The notes under the pieces were generated by a model, which was not told the DNA's origin, did not search any database, and saw only the letters and a list, made by a program, of their open reading frames with translations. Both the position numbers and the translations under genes were made by a program. From Gemmatimonadota bacterium (GTDB lineage Bacteria; Gemmatimonadota; Gemmatimonadetes; Longimicrobiales; Gaopeijiaceae), in the NCBI GenBank assembly GCA_039589315.1, contig JBDHHQ010000140.1, forward strand, positions 1 to 12,384: a DNA stretch of 12,384 nt. Reading direction: 5' to 3'. Each line of letters starts with the position of its first letter. The first letter of the stretch is position 1. Of the stretch, positions 1 through 7,730 are shown one piece after another.

Positions 1-1
1 C

Positions 2-1066
2 ATCGACGGTACCGGTCTGGTCGTCACCCCGGGTCTGTTCGACTCGTGGACGCAGTTGGGCCTGGTGGAGATCGGCCTCTCGGCGGAGGGCACGGTGGAC
101 CGCACCACGTCCGACGAACGCATCACGGCCAGCTTCAACCCGGTGGACGGGATCAACCCCGCGTCCACCCTGATCCCCGTCACCAGGGTCGAGGGGATCA
201 CCCGGGCAATCGTGGCGCCGAGCAATGGCGCGTCGCTCATTGCCGGGCAGGGCGTTCTCATTGATCTGGGCCCTGGCCCCGTGACGGCGATGCTGATGGA
301 GAACCCCGTCGCCATGTTCGCCTCGTTGGGCGAAGCGGGCGCGAGCATGGCTGGAGGCGCCCGCAGCGCGGCCATTCAACAGCTGCGGGAGGCCATCCAG
401 GACGCCCGCGACTACGCCGCGAACCGTGACGCCTTCGCCCAGGGGAACCGTCGGGGCTACGCGCTCAGCCGCATGGACCTCGAGGCCCTCGTGCTCGTGG
501 CCAACACGGACATACCCCTCGTGCTCGAGGTCCACCGTGCCAGCGACATCCAGGCCGCGTTGCGCCTCGCAGAGGAACTCGAGCTGGATCTGGTCCTGAG
601 CGGCGTTCAAGAGGGGTGGACCGTGGCCACGGAGATCGCTTCGGCGCGCGTGCCGGTTCTGGTGAACCCTCTCGTCAACCTGCCAGGCTTCGCGAGTCTC
701 GCGGCGACCTACGAGAACGCCGCCCGACTGCATGCTGCCGGCGTGACGCTGGCCATCGCGAGCTTCGATTCGCACAACTCCCGCAACATCAAGCACGCCG
801 CCGGCATGGCTGTCGCTCACGGAATGCCGTGGGATGCCGCGCTGGAAGCGATCACCTTGAGGCCGGCCCAGATCTGGGGCGTCGAAGATCGCGTCGGGAC
901 CATCGAGCCGGGGCGGGTCGCCGACGTGGTGGTGTGGAGCGGCGACCCTCTGGAGCTGACCACCGCCGCCCGACACGTGTTCATCGAGGGTCAGGAGATC
1001 TCCCCAGACACACGTCAGAAGGCCCTCTTCGAGAAATACCGGGACCTGTCGCGACTCCCCAGGTAG
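2..1066 (+). CDS. Amidohydrolase-superfamily (imidazolonepropionase-like) protein, 5'-truncated by the window edge; metal ligands degenerate
   Basis: The frame is open from base 2 (IDGTGLVVTPGLFDSWTQLGLVEI), upstream of the ORF-track start at 56. It has the family N-terminal IDxxGxxVxPGxxD motif and the C-terminal signature ALEAITLRPAQIWGVEDRVGTIEPGRVADVVVWSGDPL...VFIEG. Stop TAG at 1064-1066. Confidence 0.9.
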   Translation: MDGTGLVVTPGLFDSWTQLGLVEIGLSAEGTVDRTTSDERITASFNPVDGINPASTLIPVTRVEGITRAIVAPSNGASLIAGQGVLIDLGPGPVTAMLMENPVAMFASLGEAGASMAGGARSAAIQQLREAIQDARDYAANRDAFAQGNRRGYALSRMDLEALVLVANTDIPLVLEVHRASDIQAALRLAEELELDLVLSGVQEGWTVATEIASARVPVLVNPLVNLPGFASLAATYENAARLHAAGVTLAIASFDSHNSRNIKHAAGMAVAHGMPWDAALEAITLRPAQIWGVEDRVGTIEPGRVADVVVWSGDPLELTTAARHVFIEGQEISPDTRQKALFEKYRDLSRLPR

Positions 1067-1203
1067 GCCTCGGAGGGACGCCCAGGCAGGATCGGGGAGC
1101 ACGAGCTTCCGGGCGGCCGACACGCCGATCCGTCCCTACCAGCTCGGGAGAGAGGAGTGGGCGGTGCTGCGGAAGTGCTTGCAAGCCGGCTCGGACGCGC
1201 CGC

Positions 1204-1232
1204 TTGCATTTCCAACAGGCCAGGTCGACAAT
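1204..1232 (+). promoter_or_regulatory. Candidate sigma70-type promoter for the methyltransferase gene
   Basis: TTGCAT (1204-1209), 17-nt spacer, GACAAT (1227-1232), about 40 nt upstream of the GTG at 1270. Confidence 0.4.
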
Positions 1233-1269
1233 CCCGAGCACAGGCACTGATTCCCCAACCCGTGGTCGC

Positions 1270-2190
1270 GTGGCAGGCCTTCCCGCAACAGGCACTCCCC
1301 TCCGCACGCCGGACTTGCTGGACGTCTATCACTGCCCGGCTTGCCGGCAGTCGCGTCTGGAGGTCAAAGGCGATGAGCTGACGTGCACGTCGTGCAGCAG
1401 CCGCTATCCAGTGATCGAGGGCGTGCCGTTTCTGTTCCAGCCCGAGGACATCGACGGCTTCCTGCAAGATGACCGGCGCCGTCCCCCGCTCACCGCGGAC
1501 GCCTCGTCACGGTCGGGCGGCGCGTATCACTGGAACGAGTACCGGATCGAGGAGATCCTGCCCGATCCGGCGCAGCACCCACGAATCCTCCTCGTCGGGT
1601 GTGGGGATGGCGGAGAGCGGCCGTCTCTCGAGACGCTCGGCTTCCATGTCACCGCGTTCGACGTCCGGAGGTCCGTTGGCACCGACTTCCTCGCGGACGC
1701 CCACAATCTCCCTCTGCAGGACGAACGTTTCGACGTCGTCTTGTCGATGCAGGTGCTGGAGCACCTCCGTCACCCCTGGATCGCCATGAACGAGATGGCC
1801 AGGGTCCTCCGGCCCGGGGGGTGGTGCATCGGATCGGCGGCCTTCCTCAAGGCCTTTCACAACTCGTACTTCCACATGACTCATCAGGCGCTCTCCGTCC
1901 TGATGAAGGATGCCGGCCTACGCCCGGTCTGGTTTCGGGGGGCGCAGAACCTGACGTACACGTTGTACGGGGCCCTGCTCCCGATCGGGAGCAGGCCGCT
2001 CAGACGCAAGCTGCTGTCTCCCGTGGACCGTTTCCTGCGGTGGATCCGCGTGCGGGTGTGGGCCTCGAGCCGGAAGGCGGATCCGGACGAGCCTGTCACA
2101 CGTTTCCACACCGAGCAGCCGATGAGCTTCCGGGACTTCGACCATCTTCGCTTCGCGCCCGCGGTGGTCTTCAAGAGCGTCAAAGAGTAG
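1270..2190 (+). CDS. Class I SAM-dependent methyltransferase (Methyltransf_11-like) with N-terminal Trm112-like zinc ribbon
   Basis: LLDVYHCPAC...LTCTSCSSRYPVIEGVPFL is a Trm112/YcaR-like segment. It is followed by ILLVGCGDG (motif I), VTAFD, ADAHNLPLQDERFDVVLSMQVLEHLRHP and EMARVLRPGG. The start is uncertain (GTG 1270 or TTG 1315). The ORF-track start at 616 overlaps the amidohydrolase gene and is not credible. Confidence 0.88.
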   Translation: MAGLPATGTPLRTPDLLDVYHCPACRQSRLEVKGDELTCTSCSSRYPVIEGVPFLFQPEDIDGFLQDDRRRPPLTADASSRSGGAYHWNEYRIEEILPDPAQHPRILLVGCGDGGERPSLETLGFHVTAFDVRRSVGTDFLADAHNLPLQDERFDVVLSMQVLEHLRHPWIAMNEMARVLRPGGWCIGSAAFLKAFHNSYFHMTHQALSVLMKDAGLRPVWFRGAQNLTYTLYGALLPIGSRPLRRKLLSPVDRFLRWIRVRVWASSRKADPDEPVTRFHTEQPMSFRDFDHLRFAPAVVFKSVKE

Positions 2191-2214
2191 GCCACGCCTT
2201 CACCCGGATGGGCC

Positions 2215-5200
2215 TCAGGGTCGGGCCGCTCCCGGCACCAGCGCCCGGTTCACGTAGGCCCCGAGCAGCGCGGTCCGGAAGTCGTCAGCGTTGCGATCAG
2301 TGACGGGGAGAAGCCGCTCGAGGGCCTGGCCGGCTCGGCGCGGGTCTCCCACGGCGAGGTACGAGACCACCGATCCGTCCAGGAGTAGCTCAGCGTCGAT
2401 CCAGCCTTCGCCGTCGGTCACGGCGGGGATCAAGAGGTCGGCCGCGCTCGCCGCAGTCGCGAAATCCCAGGCTGCGAGCCCGTACATGTACTCCACCACG
2501 GCCCGGACTTCAGGGGGGGCGTCTGCCGCCTCCACATAGTCTCGAGCGCGTCCGTAGAGGAGGGAATCGGCCACCCCCGCCGTCCCCCGGTGCAGGCTTT
2601 CCTCGACCACCAGGAAGGACCGGGTCCAGCTCCTCCAGCTCGCTGGACGGCCTTCGCCGTCCATACCCAGCAACAGTGCGCCGTATCGCTGGCCGGCCCG
2701 AGCGTACTCATCGGCGGGGGCGTTGTCCCGGCGGCTCTCCAGCCAGCCGTCGTCTCGGAGCCAGGCGCCCAGGGCCCGTGCCCGCATCTGGGTGATGCCC
2801 CAGGCGGGCACCGGGGCGTACGGCGCGAAGTCCGCGCGGCGGCCTTCCAGGGCGGCCACGACGTCGAAGCGGTCTTCGCAGAATCCGTAGAAACCGGATG
2901 CGAAGCTGTCCAGGAAGCGGCTTCGCTCGGCAGCCAGGTCCAGGCGCGGGAAGTAGTCGGAGTTGGGTAGGGGGCCTGCCGAAAGGACCGGGTCCAGCGT
3001 CTCCGAGTCGAACACCCGAATCGCGTCCAGGTGGACCGGGTCGAGCGGGTGGACGTGACTCAGGTCCTGAAGGAGCGCCGGGTAACGCGCCACCTCCCAG
3101 TCCGGATCCGGGAGCCGGTCGGCGTTGGTGGCGATCACCATGAGATCGGTGTCTCCCACGAGGAACGCTCGGTAGTGCCGGAAGCTCTGATGAAGTGCGG
3201 CCAAGACGCTCACAGCGGCCTCGTCGGTCATCTCGTAGAGCTGAAACCATTGGCCGAACACGCCATCGTCGGTGAGGTAGTCGCCCACTCGCTGGTAGAA
3301 CTCGACGGTGAACAGGCTCGCGGTTCCGCTGACCCACGGGTTCGAGGGCTCCGACACGATCAGGTCATAGCGCTCCTGTCGGTGCGAGAAGTAGGCCTTG
3401 GCATCGGCGATCACGACGACGGAGCGAGGATCGTCGAAGACCCTTCGGTTGGCGGGGTAGTAGAGCCTGGAGCCCCGGATCATCTCGGGCTCGATCTCGA
3501 TGGTCACCAGCCGCTCGAGATCGGGCTTGGCCAACAGGTAGTGGCCCGTGATCCCCGAGCCGTGCCCCACCATGGCGGCCGACCGCGCTGCGGGCGCATG
3601 CGCCATGATCGCCACGGCAGCCAGGACCTGCGTAGCTTCGTCCTGCCAGTAGATGGGGGCTCGCTCCAGATCCTGGCTTACCGACCGCAGCCAACGCTCC
3701 CCGAGCGACGCGTCGGGCTTGCCGTTGGTGCTCTGCACGGTCAGCCCCGAGCTCTCCCGATGGACCGCGACGGTGGCGGTCCGGCCGTCTCGGTAGAAGA
3801 GCATGGCCCGGTCACCAGGGTCCGGGACCGCACCGTACCGGAAGACTCCGCTGGTGAGGATGGCCTGGTCGAAGCGCACGGTCGAGAGGATCAGGGCCGC
3901 GGCACCGGCTCCCACGGCGACCGCCAGTGGGACCACGCGACGGCGGACGCCCCACCCTGCCCGAGCTGCGTAGGCCATGAGTGCCACACCCAGGATCATA
4001 TCCAGGGACGCCCCGGCGACGAGCATTCTCTCCAGCCCCAGGGAGGGGAGGAGCAGAAGGCCGGCCAAGCCCACCCCCACCACCGACCCCAGCGTGTTGA
4101 CCCCGTACACCCATCCCAGGGATCGTTCACCAGCGCCGGCGTGAAGCAGCGTCCCCGTGATCAGGGGCAAGGTCATCCCGGCACAGATGGTGGAGGGCAG
4201 CATGACGACGAGCGCGATGCCGTAGCGCGAGAGGGAAAAGAGCGCGTAGGCGCCCTCTCGCTCGGGGAGAGTTCGGACCAGTACGGCCATGACGTCGAAC
4301 ATGCCCTCGTAGACCGGTAGCGTGGCCAAGGCCGTCAGACCCATGCACAGCTGGATCCAGCCCAGGAGACGCAGCGGTCGGGTCGAGCGGTCGACCGCAT
4401 GTCGGATCCACCACGAGCCGATGGCGAGGCCCAGGATGAACGCCGACAGCATGATCTCGAACGAGTGGGTGGCGCTGCCCATGACGAGGGACAGCATGCG
4501 GATCCACCCGATCTCGTAGACGAAGGACGCCAGGGCGGTGAAGAAGCTCAGGCCCAGGAGCACCGACCAGAGCTCTCTCACGGTCACCCGATCAGGAAGG
4601 GTCCAAGGGCTGTCCTCCGTGGCCTGCCGCTCGAGCTGTTCCGCCGCGGAGGGTCGGTCCGGTGCTCGCCGGCTCACCCAGAGCGCGATGCCGGCCGCCA
4701 GGGCGTTCAGGGCCGCCGCTCCGAGCACGGCTCCGGGCAGCCCCGCCCAGGCAATGAGGACGAACCCACCCAGGATCACGCCCACCGCCCCGCCGAGGCT
4801 GTTCACGAAATAGAGCAGGGCCACGGTCTTTCCGGCGCCCCCAGGATCGAGGCGCAGCGCACCGGCGGCCATGAGGGGGAACGTGGTGCCCAGGAGGACC
4901 GACTGAGGCAGGATCAGGAGAACGGCTACGCCCCACTGGACCGCGCCCGCCAGGGCCGGAGATCCGAGGGCGGGGAGCAAAGCTCCGTAGGCGAGTCCGG
5001 TGATCCCTCGGAAAGCAGGATGAAACGCGAGGCCCGCGAGGCAGAGCACGAGCTCGGCCATGGCATACCACGCCAAGGGGCGCCGGAGTCTCCTCGATCG
5101 ATCTCCGACCGCCAGAGAGCCCACGGCCAGGCCTCCGAGGAAGACCGAGATGACAAGGACCTGGGCGTACGCGGCGTGGCCCACGAACAGGGCCAGGTAC

Positions 5201-5274
5201 CGACTCCACGCGAGCTCGTAGAGAAGGCCGGCGACTCCCGATGCCCAGAAGGCGACAAAGAGCAGCGGCCTCAC
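2215..5274 (-). CDS. Fused MFS-like membrane domain / spermidine synthase-like (SAM-binding) protein, 1019 aa
   Basis: The N-terminal ~470 aa are polytopic, with two homologous halves (SGVAGLLYELAWSRYLALFVGH vs TALASFVYEIGWIRMLSLVMGS; LYFVNSLGG vs VYGVNTLGS). Then come FYRDGRTATVAV, TNGKPDAS, MVGHGSGITG, TIEIEPEMI, IADAKAY, YDLIVSEPSNPWVSGTASLFTVEFY and GVFGQW. The GTG start overlaps the upstream stop (GTGA). Confidence 0.9.
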   Translation of the reverse strand: MRPLLFVAFWASGVAGLLYELAWSRYLALFVGHAAYAQVLVISVFLGGLAVGSLAVGDRSRRLRRPLAWYAMAELVLCLAGLAFHPAFRGITGLAYGALLPALGSPALAGAVQWGVAVLLILPQSVLLGTTFPLMAAGALRLDPGGAGKTVALLYFVNSLGGAVGVILGGFVLIAWAGLPGAVLGAAALNALAAGIALWVSRRAPDRPSAAEQLERQATEDSPWTLPDRVTVRELWSVLLGLSFFTALASFVYEIGWIRMLSLVMGSATHSFEIMLSAFILGLAIGSWWIRHAVDRSTRPLRLLGWIQLCMGLTALATLPVYEGMFDVMAVLVRTLPEREGAYALFSLSRYGIALVVMLPSTICAGMTLPLITGTLLHAGAGERSLGWVYGVNTLGSVVGVGLAGLLLLPSLGLERMLVAGASLDMILGVALMAYAARAGWGVRRRVVPLAVAVGAGAAALILSTVRFDQAILTSGVFRYGAVPDPGDRAMLFYRDGRTATVAVHRESSGLTVQSTNGKPDASLGERWLRSVSQDLERAPIYWQDEATQVLAAVAIMAHAPAARSAAMVGHGSGITGHYLLAKPDLERLVTIEIEPEMIRGSRLYYPANRRVFDDPRSVVVIADAKAYFSHRQERYDLIVSEPSNPWVSGTASLFTVEFYQRVGDYLTDDGVFGQWFQLYEMTDEAAVSVLAALHQSFRHYRAFLVGDTDLMVIATNADRLPDPDWEVARYPALLQDLSHVHPLDPVHLDAIRVFDSETLDPVLSAGPLPNSDYFPRLDLAAERSRFLDSFASGFYGFCEDRFDVVAALEGRRADFAPYAPVPAWGITQMRARALGAWLRDDGWLESRRDNAPADEYARAGQRYGALLLGMDGEGRPASWRSWTRSFLVVEESLHRGTAGVADSLLYGRARDYVEAADAPPEVRAVVEYMYGLAAWDFATAASAADLLIPAVTDGEGWIDAELLLDGSVVSYLAVGDPRRAGQALERLLPVTDRNADDFRTALLGAYVNRALVPGAARP

Positions 5275-7331
5275 ATCACTGCGGGCTCACGTGGCTCCAG
5301 CTTCACGGCCCACAGGCCGCTGTTGGTGTCCGAGAAGAACACATGGCCCTTGTACGGCTTGGCGTCCCACACCATGGGCGAGTTGGGGACGTACCCCATC
5401 GGGTCGAAGGGCTTGTAGACGGCGATCTCTCGACCCTGGCTGTAGAGGTTGCCCTTGAGCTCGCCCGACACGTCCACGACCCTCAGCCCGCCCTCGTAGT
5501 AGGCCTGATAGAGCACGTCATCCTCCACCCAGATATTGTGGGTCCCGAACTCGCTCACCTCGTAGCGCGCCACCATCTCCGGGTTCGAGGGGTCGGTGAA
5601 GTCCACGACCTGGACGTAACCCCGCGTGGCGAGGGGGATTCCACCCAGGCCTGTGGCCGGATCGTAGGGCACACGATACGAGCCCCGATTTGCGCCGGGG
5701 CCCTCCCACGCCAGTCCCCGCCGGTTCATGATCTCGTCGCCCAGGAACAGGTAGAGCTTGCCCGTCGACTCCTGCACGTAGGGGAAGACGGCGTGCGTGC
5801 GCCCATCCGGAACCGGGAAGGCGGTGATGAACACCGGCTCTTCGATCGAGCCGCCCCAGCGGCCGTTCCCCACGTCCACCGCCACCACCCCGGTCTCCCA
5901 TTCCGCCGAGTAGGCGATCCCCTCGTGTACCCAGACGTCGTGGAGGCGGCTGTCGGGGTGGTCGTACTCGCTCGTGAAGGTGGGTGCGTAGATGTCCCGC
6001 ACGTCCAGGATGACGTACTTGTCCCCGTCGGACAGCGCGAAGACGTGGCTGTCGGTGGGGAAGGCGTTGTGCACGCCGCCGGTGAGCCCCTCTTCCACCT
6101 CGGCGGCGACCACCGGGTGCGCAGGATCGGCCAGGTCGAGGATGACCAGTCCGTTCCGCCGATTCGACGCGCCTTCCCGGGTTACCGTGGCATACCGGGC
6201 GTCCGGACTGACCTTGACGTCGTTCACGGAGCGGGCGTCCACCTGGACCGAGTCTGTCTTGAAGATGTCGGACGGATCGGTCACGTCCCACACGAACGCG
6301 TGGCCACCGGATCGCTTCGATCCGGTCAGGGCGTAGTCACGCCCGTCCAGCCCTTCGAAGACCCAGAAGGCCGTGGTGCGCACGCGGTCCTCCTGCCCCT
6401 GACCCACGACGTCGAGGCGGCGGACCACGTCGCGGTCGACGACCTCGAGCGTCGCCCGTTGGCTCAGCGGGCCGGTGGACGCGATGACCGTGTAGATTCC
6501 GGGCAGGTCGGCCACGAAGCGCCCGCCCTCCACCTGTCCGGGCGCAGCCGGACCGAGGACCCGGTCAGGCGGCCGGTAGGCCAGAGACCAGGTGACGGGC
6601 AGGTCGGTCACCACGTCGCCGCCCGGGCCGAGGGGCGTCGCCACGAGCCGGACCACATCGCCCGTGCGGACCTCATCGTCCGTATGTCCTTCGAGCCCGA
6701 GCTCGACTGCCGGAAAGGCGGCGACGGCCATATTCCAGACGCCCCGGACCCCCTCGATCTCGGCGGTGAGCGTCGCCCTACCGATCGCGTGTGCGGTCAC
6801 GTTACCGAAGCGGTCGACCGTTGCCACCGATTCGTCGGCCGCCCTCCACACCGCCGTCAGATCCGGTCGGGTCGTCCCGTCCGCGAGGATGGCGCGGGCG
6901 GCCAAGGCCAGGGTCGTGCCCGCGTAGAGACGGCCTGCCTCCGCCGCGACCTCCACGCGCGCAACGGGGGGCCAATGGACCGTCACGGGAACGCGTGCCG
7001 ACGGAGGGGGGCCGCTCCCCTGCTGCACGGCAGTGACCACGAGCTCGTAGCTGCCAGGCCGGATCCCCCGCACCTGCCCGTCCGAGACCGTCACGGCGCC
7101 CCAGGGTGCGGCCCAGCGAACGGCTGCCCCGGGGATCGGGCTTCCCTCGTCGTCCACGGCCACCACCGACACCGACACCGATTCCCCTCGCTCGACGAAG
7201 ATCTGGGGCGGCTCGACCAGGAGGCGCACGGCGGCCCGCGGGGGAAGCGCTTCCTGGCCCCCTCCAGGCTTGGCCAGCGCGAGCAACAGGCCGATAGAAT
7301 AGAAGCGGACAAGACGGAAACGAGGGTGCAT
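5271..7331 (-). CDS. Secreted protein with N-terminal Ig-like (Big_2-type) domains and C-terminal LVIVD-repeat beta-propeller, 686 aa
   Basis: ATG at 7331 begins a signal-peptide-like stretch (MHPRFRLVRFYSIGLLLALA). Ig-like segments follow (VWRAADESVATVDRFGNVTAHAIGRATLTAEIEG), then LVIVD-type blades (FVWDVTDPS, GLVILDLADPAHP, VILDVRDIYAP, VQVVDFTDPSNPEMV, GLRVVDVSG). The ORF-track extension to 9047 is antisense to the TPR gene. Confidence 0.88.
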   Translation of the reverse strand: MHPRFRLVRFYSIGLLLALAKPGGGQEALPPRAAVRLLVEPPQIFVERGESVSVSVVAVDDEGSPIPGAAVRWAAPWGAVTVSDGQVRGIRPGSYELVVTAVQQGSGPPPSARVPVTVHWPPVARVEVAAEAGRLYAGTTLALAARAILADGTTRPDLTAVWRAADESVATVDRFGNVTAHAIGRATLTAEIEGVRGVWNMAVAAFPAVELGLEGHTDDEVRTGDVVRLVATPLGPGGDVVTDLPVTWSLAYRPPDRVLGPAAPGQVEGGRFVADLPGIYTVIASTGPLSQRATLEVVDRDVVRRLDVVGQGQEDRVRTTAFWVFEGLDGRDYALTGSKRSGGHAFVWDVTDPSDIFKTDSVQVDARSVNDVKVSPDARYATVTREGASNRRNGLVILDLADPAHPVVAAEVEEGLTGGVHNAFPTDSHVFALSDGDKYVILDVRDIYAPTFTSEYDHPDSRLHDVWVHEGIAYSAEWETGVVAVDVGNGRWGGSIEEPVFITAFPVPDGRTHAVFPYVQESTGKLYLFLGDEIMNRRGLAWEGPGANRGSYRVPYDPATGLGGIPLATRGYVQVVDFTDPSNPEMVARYEVSEFGTHNIWVEDDVLYQAYYEGGLRVVDVSGELKGNLYSQGREIAVYKPFDPMGYVPNSPMVWDAKPYKGHVFFSDTNSGLWAVKLEPREPAVM

Positions 7332-7556
7332 GCGCGCGATCCCCTGGAGATTCAGGCTCGGGAGGAAGGAAATACTCTCCGCCTCCCTGATGATACGCAA
7401 CGGCTTGCGTCGCTTCTCGGCGGCAGAATACGTTGACGCGCCCCGATCTGCCCGTGGCAAGGAAAGCCTTGGCTCCCTCACGACACCGATCACAATCAGA
7501 ACCCGAGTGTGGCGGCGCAGTCTTCCGATCTCTGCCGGGACCGCGCAGTCGAATCG

Positions 7557-7572
7557 CGGCACGACTTCTGCA
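7557..7572 (+). promoter_or_regulatory. Candidate sigma54 (RpoN) -24/-12 promoter upstream of the TPR gene
   Basis: CGGCACGACTTCTGCA matches the consensus TGGCACG-N4-TTGCW with exact GG-N10-GC spacing and two mismatches. It lies in the divergent intergenic region and points toward the ATG at 7731. Confidence 0.55.
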
Positions 7573-7730
7573 CACTTCACCGCGCATCGCTGTCCAGTGA
7601 CGCTGCCGCCGAGCTGGGTTGCAGGGGCATCTCGACGGGTGCTGGTCTTGGCACCCGCGCAGGATTCGATCACGGGTCGTCGATCCGACGACGCGCGCGG
7701 CCAGGAGGGTGGTTGGGCAGGTTCTTTCAC

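Noticed and set aside
1171..1213. Imperfect inverted repeat GGAAGTGCTTGCAAGCCGGC...GCCGCTTGCATTTCC as a terminator
   Set aside because: It needs bulges, has only a short T run, and overlaps the candidate -35 box, so the support is too weak to call.
616..1269. N-terminal extension of the 524-aa ORF
   Set aside because: It overlaps the amidohydrolase gene in another frame, is Arg-rich and low-complexity, and recognisable domains start only near 1315.
2191..2214. Possible bidirectional terminator between convergent genes
   Set aside because: No strong stem with a U tract is visible in the 24-nt gap.
3031..5418. Plus-strand ORFs of 429 aa and 339 aa
   Set aside because: Both are antisense shadows of the spermidine-synthase-like fusion.
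5241..7436. 731-aa plus-strand ORF
   Set aside because: It is antisense to the LVIVD gene, as expected from stop-codon scarcity in high-GC DNA, and has no motifs.
7509..7730. Upstream extension of the TPR ORF
   Set aside because: The signal peptide begins at ATG 7731, and the extension covers the candidate promoter.
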